Positions 9,016 to 18,738 of a DNA stretch of 32,000 nucleotides are shown here, piece after piece; within the stretch, counting starts at the first letter, position 1; each line of letters starts with the position of its first letter. The position numbers and the translations under genes are program-made. The DNA is taken from NCBI RefSeq assembly GCF_018336915.1, contig NZ_CP064923.1, positions 180,001-212,000 of the forward strand, in the 5' to 3' direction. The notes under the pieces are model-generated. The model did not search any database. It was not told the origin of the DNA and saw only the letters and a program-made list of their open reading frames with translations. This DNA is from Acaryochloris marina S15 (GTDB lineage Bacteria > Cyanobacteriota > Cyanobacteriia > Thermosynechococcales > Thermosynechococcaceae).

Positions 9016-10356
9016 ATGTCTAAATATGACTCCCATCTCAAATGTTCATTTTGTGGTAAATCTCAAGAACAGGTTCGTAAGTTAATTGCTGGGCCGGGGG
9101 TCTATATCTGCGACGAATGCGTGGATTTATGCAACGAAATTCTAGATGAAGAGCTATTTGATACTGCAAGCACCATGCCTGCTGCGAGTAGAGCACCTGT
9201 GGCAGAGCGTAAACGGTCTCAATCTGCTCCACTGTCGCTCAACCAGCTCCCTAAGCCACGAGATATTAAATCATATTTAGACGAACATGTCATCGGACAA
9301 GACGAAGCTAAGAAAGTCTTGTCCGTTGCCGTATATAACCATTACAAGCGTTTGAGCATTAGCCAGGCATCGGCAGACTCTGTTGCTGAGTTGGATGATG
9401 CGATTGAATTACAAAAATCTAACATTCTGTTGATTGGCCCCACAGGATGTGGCAAAACTCTGTTGGCTCAGACCTTGGCCCAAATGCTCGATGTTCCGTT
9501 TGCAGTGGCAGATGCCACGACTTTGACGGAAGCTGGCTATGTCGGCGAAGACGTTGAAAATATTTTGTTACGGCTTTTGCAGGTCGCTGATCTGGATGTA
9601 GATGAAGCCCAAAGAGGGATCATCTACATCGATGAAATTGATAAGGTGGCGCGCAAGAGTGAAAATCCTTCTATTACCCGAGATGTTTCCGGTGAAGGGG
9701 TTCAGCAAGCTCTATTAAAAATGTTGGAAGGAACGGTAGCCAATGTTCCTCCGCAAGGGGGGCGGAAGCACCCATACCAAGATTGCATTCAAATTGATAC
9801 CACCAATATTCTGTTCATCTGCGGTGGGGCGTTTGTAGGTCTTGACAAAATTATTGAGCAGCGGACTGGTAAAAAAGCCATGGGGTTCATCCAAGGTGAA
9901 CCAAAAGCAAAAGAGCAGCGCACTGCCGATATGCTGCGGGATTTAGAAGCTGAAGACTTGGTCAAGTTTGGGATGATTCCTGAATTTACAGGTCGAATCC
10001 CGGTGATGTCTGTAATTGAAGCCCTAGATGAAGATGTGCTATGTCAGATTTTGACTGAGCCGCGCAATGCCTTGGTAAAGCAATATCAAAAACTATTGCG
10101 GATGGATCGTGTAGAGCTGGAATTTCAGCCCGATGCGATTCGTGCCATCGCCCAAGAGGCCTATCGACGCAAAACGGGAGCTCGAGCGCTGCGAGCCATT
10201 GTCGAAGAGATTATGCTGGACGTGATGTATGAGCTGCCGTCTCAATCTCGCAAAGAGCTAACCCAATGTTTGATCACCCGTTCTATGGTGGAACAGCGGT
10301 CGACGGCTGAGCTGTTAGTGCATCCTGCCGCAATTTCGACCCCAGAATCTGCATAA
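9016..10356 (+). CDS. clpX: ATP-dependent Clp protease ATP-binding subunit ClpX
   Basis: 446-aa ORF with the N-terminal zinc finger CSFCGK...YICDECV, Walker A GPTGCGKT, Walker [10 protein letters not shown] and an IGF-loop equivalent, MGF. It starts 9 nt after the clpP stop. Confidence 0.95.
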   Translation: MSKYDSHLKCSFCGKSQEQVRKLIAGPGVYICDECVDLCNEILDEELFDTASTMPAASRAPVAERKRSQSAPLSLNQLPKPRDIKSYLDEHVIGQDEAKKVLSVAVYNHYKRLSISQASADSVAELDDAIELQKSNILLIGPTGCGKTLLAQTLAQMLDVPFAVADATTLTEAGYVGEDVENILLRLLQVADLDVDEAQRGIIYIDEIDKVARKSENPSITRDVSGEGVQQALLKMLEGTVANVPPQGGRKHPYQDCIQIDTTNILFICGGAFVGLDKIIEQRTGKKAMGFIQGEPKAKEQRTADMLRDLEAEDLVKFGMIPEFTGRIPVMSVIEALDEDVLCQILTEPRNALVKQYQKLLRMDRVELEFQPDAIRAIAQEAYRRKTGARALRAIVEEIMLDVMYELPSQSRKELTQCLITRSMVEQRSTAELLVHPAAISTPESA

Positions 10357-10376
10357 GTTCGTTTCGGTCAAACTCC

Positions 10377-11234
10377 ATGCCTCAGGTTCTCATTCGCGGT
10401 CATGATCACTACTATGAGTGGGTGAGTCAGGAACCTCGTCAGTTGGGATCTGAGAAGCCTGTAATGGTTTTTCTGCATGGCTGGGGAGGCTCAAGTCGCT
10501 ATTGGCGGCCAGTTGCTCAAGCACTGGCTACCAACTTTGATTGTTTACTCTATGACCTTCGTGGATTTGGGCAGTCTCAAGATTTGATTCGGGCTTCTAG
10601 AGCAGTTGAGACTTATACGATTCAATCCTATGTTGAGGATTTAGCAGCCCTGTTGGATGCTTTGGATGTTCCACAGGTGTTTCTCCAAGCTCATTCCATG
10701 GGATCGACGATTGGTGCCTTGTTCCTTAACCAATATCCTCAGCGAGTTCAGCAAGCGATTCTCGCCTGTAGTGGGTTGTTTGAATATGATGAGGAAGAAT
10801 TCCGTCAGTTTCATCAGGTGGGCGAGTGGGTGGTGCGGTTACGGCCTCGCTGGCTGGCCCAAGTGCCCCTGTTAGATCGACTATTTATGGCTCGCTTCCT
10901 CCATCGGTCCATCGCTGCTGACCAACGTCGAGGGTTTGTATCAGACTATGTCAGTGCAGATGCGGTTGCTGCTTTGGGCACCTTATTGTCTGCTGTGAGT
11001 GAGGCGGTGGCAATGGCGATGGCTACAGAGTTTGCCCAGCTCCAAATACGAACCTTAATTGTGTCAGGGGATAAGGATCAGATTGTCCCAGCTGACTCGG
11101 GGGAAGAGGCTGCAGCTTTGAATCCCAATATTGACTATGTGAGGATGGCCCAAACAGGGCATTTTCCCATGCTGGAAGACACCGCCACCTATCTACAGCA
11201 TATCCACCACTTTCTAACGCCAGTACCCTGTTGA
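10377..11234 (+). CDS. Alpha/beta-fold hydrolase (unknown substrate)
   Basis: 285-aa ORF with an oxyanion-region HGWGGS, the nucleophile elbow AHSMGS, and acid/His candidates SGDKD and TGHFP. Confidence 0.8.
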   Translation: MPQVLIRGHDHYYEWVSQEPRQLGSEKPVMVFLHGWGGSSRYWRPVAQALATNFDCLLYDLRGFGQSQDLIRASRAVETYTIQSYVEDLAALLDALDVPQVFLQAHSMGSTIGALFLNQYPQRVQQAILACSGLFEYDEEEFRQFHQVGEWVVRLRPRWLAQVPLLDRLFMARFLHRSIAADQRRGFVSDYVSADAVAALGTLLSAVSEAVAMAMATEFAQLQIRTLIVSGDKDQIVPADSGEEAAALNPNIDYVRMAQTGHFPMLEDTATYLQHIHHFLTPVPC

Positions 11235-11235
11235 G

Positions 11236-12957
11236 ATGGTAGAGTGCGCCCCCGATCTTCAGATTCAACCCCTGGGAACTGATTTAGTTCACCGGATTGC
11301 GGCAGGAGAGGTGATTGATTCTCTGGGGGCTGTGGTGCGAGAGCTGTTGGATAATGCCCTGGATGCTGGAGCCGATCGTATCAGCATTTCCCTTTGGCCC
11401 CAAGACTGGCGGGTTCAGGTGGTTGATAATGGCCAAGGCTTGACTGCTGCAGATTTAGCGCAAGCTGCCACTCCCCACACCACCAGTAAACTGCAGCGAG
11501 AAGAAGATCTGTGGGATATCCATACCCTCGGTTTTCGAGGTGAAGCCCTCCATAGTTTGGCTCAAATGGGGCGGTTAGAGATTTGCAGCCGACCGATGGG
11601 AACGGCCCAGGGATGCCGAGTTCGGTATGATCACCAGGGCCATGTGGTGGCCCAAGAGACGGTTGCGATCGCAACCGGTACCGTCGTCACCGTTGCCGAT
11701 TTATTTCAGGACTGGCCCACCCGCAAACAAGCCCTCCCCGATCCAGCGCGACAAATGCGGGGGGTGCAAACCATCATCCATAACCATGCCCTCTGTCACC
11801 CCCAGGTCACCTGGCAGGTTCAGCAAAATAATCGCTTGTGGTTTAGTATTGCCCCAGCCGAGGTGGCTCAGGATATTCTTCCCCAGTTACTGGCGACCCT
11901 GCGACCCGGGGATTTATGCCATCATCGCTTCCAAATTCCCGATCTACCGGGAGACAATGCTGTAGAAGTTGTGTTGGGCTTGCCCGATCGCTGCCATCGC
12001 CATCGCCCGGATTGGGTGAAGGTGGCGGTCAATGGTCGCTGTGTCCAAGTCAGTGGTGAAGATGCGGGCCAGTCTCATCCCTTGGAGCAAACTATTCTAG
12101 CGGCGTTTCGCCAAACCCTACCCCGCCATCGCCATCCCCTATGCTTTATTCACCTCCATGCCGACCCCCAGCATGTGGATTGGCATCGACATCCCGCTAA
12201 AACAGAGATTTATCTTCAGCACTTAGACCAGTGGCGACCTGCTATTACGACGACGATTCAGGAGGCGCTGCAAATTCCTGCTGATATTAGGGATTCGGGC
12301 CATACCCAGAAAATTCGCCAGTTGATGAAAGTGGCGGAGGCCAAAGGGGTCTACCACTTACAGCAGCCATCGATACTGTCTCCCCAGCCTGAACAAGCGG
12401 CGAGCGACTCCGGCTTTAATATCCTCAAGGCCATTGCCCAATTGCACTGTACCTATATTGTGGCTGAACATCCGACGGGGGTTTGGCTGGTGGAGCAGCA
12501 TATCGCCCATGAGCGGGTGCTCTACGAACAGCTGGGACAGGACTGGCATTTAGTGCCCTTGACTCCACCCCTGATGCTGCGGGATTTAACCGAGGGACAG
12601 GTGGAGCAACTCACGGATATCGGCATTGATATTGCTGAGTTTGGCCATCAGCTATGGGCCATTCGCTCGGCTCCTCAACGTCTGGTAGAACGCTCTGATT
12701 GCGAAGCGGCACTGATTGAACTCAGTCAATGTGAGAGTATTGAAGCAGCCTTAGCTGCCACCGCTTGCCGGAGTGCCATTCGCAATGGCATGGCCCTCAA
12801 TCTGTTGGAGATGCAAAACTTGTTGGATCAATGGCAACAAACCCGCCATCCACGTACTTGCCCCCATGGACGACCGATTTATTTATCGATGGAAGAAGCG
12901 GACTTATCTCGGTTTTTCCGTCGGCACTGGGTGATTGGTAAAAGTCATGGAATCTAG
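11236..12957 (+). CDS. mutL: DNA mismatch repair endonuclease MutL
   Basis: 573-aa ORF with GHKL ATPase motifs (IAAGEVI, ELLDNALDAG, DNGQGL, GFRGEAL). C-terminal endonuclease motifs are EQHIAHERVLYE (a variant of DQHAxxExxxxE), ACRSAIR and CPHGRP. The ATG is 1 nt after the stop of the upstream hydrolase. Confidence 0.92.
   Translation: MVECAPDLQIQPLGTDLVHRIAAGEVIDSLGAVVRELLDNALDAGADRISISLWPQDWRVQVVDNGQGLTAADLAQAATPHTTSKLQREEDLWDIHTLGFRGEALHSLAQMGRLEICSRPMGTAQGCRVRYDHQGHVVAQETVAIATGTVVTVADLFQDWPTRKQALPDPARQMRGVQTIIHNHALCHPQVTWQVQQNNRLWFSIAPAEVAQDILPQLLATLRPGDLCHHRFQIPDLPGDNAVEVVLGLPDRCHRHRPDWVKVAVNGRCVQVSGEDAGQSHPLEQTILAAFRQTLPRHRHPLCFIHLHADPQHVDWHRHPAKTEIYLQHLDQWRPAITTTIQEALQIPADIRDSGHTQKIRQLMKVAEAKGVYHLQQPSILSPQPEQAASDSGFNILKAIAQLHCTYIVAEHPTGVWLVEQHIAHERVLYEQLGQDWHLVPLTPPLMLRDLTEGQVEQLTDIGIDIAEFGHQLWAIRSAPQRLVERSDCEAALIELSQCESIEAALAATACRSAIRNGMALNLLEMQNLLDQWQQTRHPRTCPHGRPIYLSMEEADLSRFFRRHWVIGKSHGI
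11665..11672. repeat. HIP1 octamer GCGATCGC
   Basis: Exact match read in the sequence, inside mutL. Confidence 0.95.
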
Positions 12958-12963
12958 ATATCA

Positions 12964-14325
12964 ATGGTTCAACTTAGTAAACAAGGATTGATTCTAGGAT
13001 TAGGTCCTTTGGCCTTTGCGATCGCATTTGGGGTTACCTATCTATCAGACCGTGATACTCGGCGGGCCTCCGTTACAGGGTTGGCAGCCCTTTCTGCAAC
13101 CTATGCCACAGGACTGATCGCCACTGAAGATCGCCGCCGTGCAGCCCTGGCAAGTGCTAGCCACCTTCAGATTCAGATGCCGCTTCAGACGAGTTCACCG
13201 CCTGTACCCTCAACCCCTGTGTCCAAATCGGCACCCAGTGAGGTCGCTGTTTTTTGGGATTATGAAAATGTCAAAATTGCTGCCCAAGGGATTCAGGCTC
13301 CCCTGGCTGAATCTTTAGTGGATTATTCTCAATCCCAAGGCCATACGCGGCTGAAAATCGTCTACTCCAACTGGCGACGGGAAAAAGAATCTTTAGTTCA
13401 GGCCCTGTATAGCTTAGGGTTTGAGCCCATCCATGTTTCAACGGGCAAAGAAAATGCAGTTGATGTCAAATTGACCGTTGATTGTTTAAATACGGCTTAT
13501 CAATATCCCGATGTTGGACATTTTATTATCGTTACAGGCGATCGTGATTTTGTACCCTTGGTGAATGCCTTAAAAACCCTAAAAAAACGGGTGACCCTGA
13601 TTGGACGAGCTGAAGTGGCTAGTAATCAGCTGTTACTCAGTGCCGATGAATTTATTGATTTAGAGAAGCTGGATACTGAAGAGACCGAAGAGACCACTCC
13701 CACCAAACGACTCACCCAATCCATTAGCTATGAGGATGCCGTTGCCTGCTTACTCGCAGCCATTAACCTGGCACGGGATCAAGGTAAAAGTACCCGGTTT
13801 GGGGCGGTTGATCGATTGATGCGGGCCAATGTCAAATACGCCTATGCCGGGGTGGCGTCGATTACCCGTCCGGATGCTGCTTCGTTTACCAACTTCAGTG
13901 CCTTTGTTGATGCGGCAGCTACGGCTGGACAAGTCCAAATTAAAACCCTAGCAGGATTTAAAGAACTGTTTTTGCCGGAAGAAGATCCGGAAGCGGAGTC
14001 TGAATTTAGCTCTCAAGATTCTGGCCCTCTCACCCGTGAACAGTGGAAAATTATCCTCGATCAGGTGCAAAGTGCTTTTAAGGAAACTGATCCAGAGCAT
14101 AATTCCTATGGTCGGTTTATGTCCTTGTTCTTTTATGTTCGGTTGGCGAAGAAAGATGGTCGCCTGCCCCATAGCAATGAGCGGCTCAAGCAATCCCTCA
14201 GTCGCTTGGTGGATCAAGGGATTTTGATGGAACAAGCCAATCGCAGTTTTCGCGTCGGAGAGAATTGGGAAGACAAAGTTGAGGGTTGGCTAGACCAATT
14301 GGTGCAAACGGAAGGAGACTCTTAA
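12964..14325 (+). CDS. NYN-domain (LabA/PIN-like) predicted RNase with an N-terminal membrane anchor and C-terminal OST-HTH/LOTUS-like region(s)
   Basis: 453-aa ORF. The hydrophobic N-terminus is GLILGLGPLAFAIAFGVTYL. The NYN core spans VAVFWDYENVKI...ENAVDVKL...FIIVTGDRDFVPLVNALK...VTLIG. It is followed by helical segments resembling OST-HTH (ISYEDAVACLLAAINLARDQGKSTRFGAVDRLM...). Confidence 0.75.
   Translation: MVQLSKQGLILGLGPLAFAIAFGVTYLSDRDTRRASVTGLAALSATYATGLIATEDRRRAALASASHLQIQMPLQTSSPPVPSTPVSKSAPSEVAVFWDYENVKIAAQGIQAPLAESLVDYSQSQGHTRLKIVYSNWRREKESLVQALYSLGFEPIHVSTGKENAVDVKLTVDCLNTAYQYPDVGHFIIVTGDRDFVPLVNALKTLKKRVTLIGRAEVASNQLLLSADEFIDLEKLDTEETEETTPTKRLTQSISYEDAVACLLAAINLARDQGKSTRFGAVDRLMRANVKYAYAGVASITRPDAASFTNFSAFVDAAATAGQVQIKTLAGFKELFLPEEDPEAESEFSSQDSGPLTREQWKIILDQVQSAFKETDPEHNSYGRFMSLFFYVRLAKKDGRLPHSNERLKQSLSRLVDQGILMEQANRSFRVGENWEDKVEGWLDQLVQTEGDS
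13018..13025. repeat. HIP1 octamer GCGATCGC
   Basis: Exact match read in the sequence, inside the NYN gene. Confidence 0.95.
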
Positions 14326-14344
14326 ACCCTGAGTCTGGCCTGAG

Positions 14345-17300
14345 CTATGAGGCATAGGTAAGGGAACAGGGCAAGGCAATGCCATATCCCTGGACATAGT
14401 CTATGCCCATGGTCTGTAGCTTTTTCCGGGTGGAGAGATCGCCGACAGATTCTGCAATCGTTTGCAAGCCCATCACATGGCCAATGTGGTTGATCGATTC
14501 CACAATGGCCTGAGTGGCAGGATCGTTGGCCATATCTTCAATAAAGTGACCATCGATTTTCAGATAATCTACCGGTAAGGTCTTCAAATAGGCAAACGAC
14601 GATAATCCACTGCCAAAATCATCCAGGGCAAATTTGCAGCCCAACTGTTTGAGTTCATTAATAAACGTAATGGCTTGATTGAGATTAGAAATAGCTGCTG
14701 TTTCCGTAATTTCGAAACAAATTTGAGGGGCAGCATGGGGATAACGCTGGAACTGCTCTTGTAGAAACTGCAAAAATTGCTCATCCCCAATACTGGCTCC
14801 AGAGAGGTTGATCATATAGGGTAAAGGCTGATCCGCTCCGGTTTTGGCCATTTGGGGAGGGTTAAAGTGATCCACTAAAAACTGACTGATCACCCAGCGA
14901 TCAATTTCCGGCATGAGATTGTAGCGTTCAGCAGCAGGAATAAAGGTGGCGGCACTGACTACCTGATCTTGCTCATCCACCATGCGGAGGAGTACCTCAC
15001 AACATTGGTGGATCTCAGATTGATTGGGATCGGTGGGGACAATGGCCTGACCATAGAGGCGAAACCGATTTTCTTCTAAAGCCTGCTTGATGCGACGACT
15101 CCACCGCTGGGTTCCCCGCTGTTGGACGAGTTCTAAATCATCGAGCTGATAGACGTGAATGCGATTACGGCCTCGGGCCTTGGCCGCATAGCAGGCGGCA
15201 TCGGCTGCGCTAATGAGGCTAGACAGATTGTGGCTATCGTAATTAATGGCCACTAGACCAATGCTGAGGCCAATGCTAAAGGTTTGTTCATTCCAGCTAA
15301 AGCGGAACGCTTGTAAGCGCTGCCGGAGCTGTTCTGCAATCACTTGGGCCCGTTCCATTGAGCATTGGTGCAGCAGCAACCCAAATTCATCCCCTCCTAA
15401 ACGAGCGATAACATCGGTGCTGCGAATGGTGTGTTTGAAGAGTTCTGCCACCTGCTGGAGGAGTTCATCCCCTGCGGCATGACCACAGGTATCGTTGACA
15501 ATCTTGAACTGATCTAGATCGAGATAGCAAAGGACATGCTGTAGCTGATCGCGATGGGCAGAGTGTAGGGCTTTCTGGAGCAGCTGTTCAAATTGATAGC
15601 GATTGACTAACCCGGTGAGGGAGTCATGGCTGGCTTGCCAGGTCATTTGCTGGGAGAGCTGACGAGATTGACTGACATCTCGAAAGACTACGACGATACC
15701 GAGAATATGGGTGTTGCGATCGCGAATCGGTGCTGCCGAATGATCGATGGCATATTCTTGGTCATCCTGGGCAATCAAAAGGGCTTGATGCTCAGAGATG
15801 GCAATTTCTCCTGTCATCAATACGGAATCAATTAGCTGAATATCAGGGCGGCGTGTCGTTTCATCGACCACCTGAAAGACATCATGAATAGGATGTCCTT
15901 GAGCCTCAAAACAGGACCACCCCGTTAGTTTTTCAGCCACGGCGTTGAGGTGACGAATTTGGCCCTGGGCATCCGTCGTAATCACCGCATCACCAATCGA
16001 TTGCAGGGTCACTTGGGCAAGTTCTTTCTCTTGGAATAGTTCTTGTTCCATATACTTGCGGTCTGTGATGTTATGGGCCACCCAAATGACAGACGTGGGA
16101 GACAGGGGCGTAATACTGGCCACATACCAAGTCGGTACTGAGGTCGAGGGCAATTGATACTCGAAGGTAACGGTTTCTTGGTCGTTGATCGCTTGCTGAA
16201 TATGGTCGTGAAAGGCTTGAGCTTGCTCATTTTCGAGCAGCAATACTTCCGCCGTTTGATTGATCATCTCTACCATATCTGGCGAGACGAGGGAGGGGGG
16301 AATCGCATTAATTTGCTGAGTCTCGGTATCAAACACGAACACAATATCCGTCATGCCATCAAAGACGGCCCGAATCTGAGCTTCGCTGGAGCGGACCTTA
16401 TCCTCTAAAACTTTTCGTTCGGTGATGTCTACACAGGAACCGATATAGCCGACAAAGTCACCATTGGGTAAAAAGCGAGGGGTACCCATATCGATCAGCC
16501 ATCGATAGGCTCCATCATGCCGCCGGAGCCGATATTCCATACAAAAGGGTTCACGGGCATCAAAGGAAGCCGTACAGATGTCTAGAGATGTTTGTCGATC
16601 CTCAGGATGTATCCCTTCAGCCCAACCCTTGCCCAGCTCGTGGGCCATGGTCTGTCCTGTAAATTCAAGCCATTGTTGATTAAAAAACGTGCACTGTTTG
16701 TCTATCCCTGATATCCATAACAGCACAGGAGCACAGTCCGCCATTTGTTGAAACCGTTGCTCACTTTCCCGCAAGGCAGTTGCTGCCTGGACACGATCGC
16801 TAACGTCCCGCTGGACCATCAGGATATAGGGATCTTGACTGGTGGGATCCGTTACCACAGTACAGGAGCAATCAATGACTAATGTCGTATCGTTTTTACA
16901 GATAAATTCAAGGGTTTGACGATAACTACCCTGATCAATCAACTGAGCTAAATAGGTCTCATACTCGACTTGGCTGCTGTCGTTAAAGTAGGTCTTGATT
17001 AAGCTACCTAATAGTTCCGAGACTTTATACCCTGATTGTTGGATAGCCGCTTGATTGACTCGGCGAATCACACCGTGGAAATCAACGACAAATAACGCAT
17101 CAGGGGCAGCATTAAACAACATTCGAAAGCGTTTCTCACTCGCTCGGAAGGCAGATATACCCAGGGAAACTCGGGTTTCTAGTTCTCGATTGAGCTGTTG
17201 ACGTTCCAGTTCGGCTTGTTTGCGATCACTAATATCTTGCACCATCACAATGAAGTAATCGGGAGCCCCTGTGGCAGTTATGGCTAAGGATATGGTCAAA

Positions 17301-18565
17301 TCCAGCCAGGCTGAATGTCCTTGAGGATGCCGATAGTGATGTTCCAGCTGAATAGAGTCTTGCTGTTGGGATTGTAGTTTCTCCTGCCAGTTCTCTGCTC
17401 CCTGGGGCATCTGAAGCACATCATGTACGAGATGATGGCAGACTTGGGTTTGTATTTGGTGTAATATCTCGCAGAATTTTTGGTTGGCCAACATCACTTG
17501 CCCTTGCAGATTGACATGGGCAATGCCAATCACGGCTTGCTCGAACATGACTCGAAAGCGTTCTTGGCAGAAATATAAGGTGGCCGCATCGGCCTCGACT
17601 TGTTTTTCGAGATTTGTTTTTTGATGTTGTAACGATAAGATCCGCTCATCTTGAATTTGTTCTACCTGCTGATGCAAAACCTCGGCGGTGTGATGCGCTT
17701 CGGGTACATTGAGGGCAGCCAAAATGCTGGCTTGAGTTAAAACGCCGGCTAAGTCTCCCTGCTGTCCCATCACCACGAGGCGGCGAACCTGTATTTTCTG
17801 CATGGTTTGATGGGCATCCCAAAGCTTGTCATCTAAGTTGAGGCAAACTAAGGGCTGACTCATAACCGTTTCCGCCAGGGTTGTGCGGAGGTCGAGGCTG
17901 AGGGCTTGGAATTTAACGATATCTCGCTCGGTGACAATGCCCAAGGGCTTAATTCTGCTGCCTTGAGACTGCTGTTGGACAATCACCACACAACTCATTT
18001 TGTACATCGCCATTCTTTGGGCCACTTGCTGGATGCTGGCTGTGGGAGGGGCCGTCACTACGGTTGGCGTCATCACCTCACTCACATGCCGCAACTTCAG
18101 CAACATGGTTGGTTCTAAGACTTTACGAATGCTCTCTGTGGTAATAACCCCTACCAATCCACCCGTTGCGTTCAGGATCGGTAAATGACGGATATTTTGG
18201 GTTTGGAGTATAGAAAGAGGGGTCAGAATATCCTGTAGCTCAGTGTCCAGGAGGGTCAATGGCTCCGGACTCATGACCTTTGAGGCGCTGATCTGGCTAA
18301 AGTCTGTCTCTGTTGTACTGAGCTTAACGATATCTCGCTCCGTCAAAATGCCCACTAATTTCTGCTGCTGTTGGACTAAGACATAGCTGAAGCGTTGGCG
18401 GTTATCGCCTTTGGCTTGACCTTCCCGCCCCAGACTCATCAGCAAGACCACTTCCTTGAGACTGGCTTGAGGGGGAACAACCAGAGGATGGTGATCCATA
18501 CTGGCTTGCACAGCAGTAGGGTTCAACCATGGTTGTTTCACCTGGGTGCTAGGTTGGCTGGTCAT
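14345..18565 (-). CDS. Multidomain c-di-GMP signalling protein: CBS x4, PAS x about 5, GGDEF, EAL
   Basis: ORF 14345..18574 has a TTG start. I prefer the ATG at 18565-18563 (MTSQPST...), which has GAGGA about 10 nt upstream. The GGDEF motif RLGGDEFGLL is encoded at 15383-15397, with an upstream RSTD I-site. EAL-domain motifs are EVLLR (EVL at 14990-14998), FEITE, DDFGSGLSS and KIDG. PAS boundaries repeat (DISDRK, DVSDRV, DITERK, NITDRK). Tandem CBS pairs lie at the N-terminus. Confidence 0.9.
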   Translation of the reverse strand: MTSQPSTQVKQPWLNPTAVQASMDHHPLVVPPQASLKEVVLLMSLGREGQAKGDNRQRFSYVLVQQQQKLVGILTERDIVKLSTTETDFSQISASKVMSPEPLTLLDTELQDILTPLSILQTQNIRHLPILNATGGLVGVITTESIRKVLEPTMLLKLRHVSEVMTPTVVTAPPTASIQQVAQRMAMYKMSCVVIVQQQSQGSRIKPLGIVTERDIVKFQALSLDLRTTLAETVMSQPLVCLNLDDKLWDAHQTMQKIQVRRLVVMGQQGDLAGVLTQASILAALNVPEAHHTAEVLHQQVEQIQDERILSLQHQKTNLEKQVEADAATLYFCQERFRVMFEQAVIGIAHVNLQGQVMLANQKFCEILHQIQTQVCHHLVHDVLQMPQGAENWQEKLQSQQQDSIQLEHHYRHPQGHSAWLDLTISLAITATGAPDYFIVMVQDISDRKQAELERQQLNRELETRVSLGISAFRASEKRFRMLFNAAPDALFVVDFHGVIRRVNQAAIQQSGYKVSELLGSLIKTYFNDSSQVEYETYLAQLIDQGSYRQTLEFICKNDTTLVIDCSCTVVTDPTSQDPYILMVQRDVSDRVQAATALRESEQRFQQMADCAPVLLWISGIDKQCTFFNQQWLEFTGQTMAHELGKGWAEGIHPEDRQTSLDICTASFDAREPFCMEYRLRRHDGAYRWLIDMGTPRFLPNGDFVGYIGSCVDITERKVLEDKVRSSEAQIRAVFDGMTDIVFVFDTETQQINAIPPSLVSPDMVEMINQTAEVLLLENEQAQAFHDHIQQAINDQETVTFEYQLPSTSVPTWYVASITPLSPTSVIWVAHNITDRKYMEQELFQEKELAQVTLQSIGDAVITTDAQGQIRHLNAVAEKLTGWSCFEAQGHPIHDVFQVVDETTRRPDIQLIDSVLMTGEIAISEHQALLIAQDDQEYAIDHSAAPIRDRNTHILGIVVVFRDVSQSRQLSQQMTWQASHDSLTGLVNRYQFEQLLQKALHSAHRDQLQHVLCYLDLDQFKIVNDTCGHAAGDELLQQVAELFKHTIRSTDVIARLGGDEFGLLLHQCSMERAQVIAEQLRQRLQAFRFSWNEQTFSIGLSIGLVAINYDSHNLSSLISAADAACYAAKARGRNRIHVYQLDDLELVQQRGTQRWSRRIKQALEENRFRLYGQAIVPTDPNQSEIHQCCEVLLRMVDEQDQVVSAATFIPAAERYNLMPEIDRWVISQFLVDHFNPPQMAKTGADQPLPYMINLSGASIGDEQFLQFLQEQFQRYPHAAPQICFEITETAAISNLNQAITFINELKQLGCKFALDDFGSGLSSFAYLKTLPVDYLKIDGHFIEDMANDPATQAIVESINHIGHVMGLQTIAESVGDLSTRKKLQTMGIDYVQGYGIALPCSLTYAS
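15716..15723. repeat. HIP1 octamer GCGATCGC
   Basis: Exact match read in the sequence, inside the GGDEF-EAL gene. Confidence 0.95.
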
Positions 18566-18738
18566 AGATAGCAATCCTCAGCAGGGGCCAATCAAGTCCG
18601 GGAATCAGGTTAAAGGCTTAATTTTCACACAAAACACCCAGAAAATGCTTTCCTAGGTTGCCCTAAATCCTTGTGAGGTCTAACATCTTATTACAAAAGA
18701 TGACAGCCTCTTGTTTGAGTCGCTAGAGAGCAGCCCTC

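Noticed and set aside
14326-14344. Only 19 nt between the convergent stop codons of the NYN gene and the GGDEF-EAL gene
   Set aside because: There is no hairpin in the gap, which implies overlapping 3' ends. This is common in compact genomes and not informative on its own.
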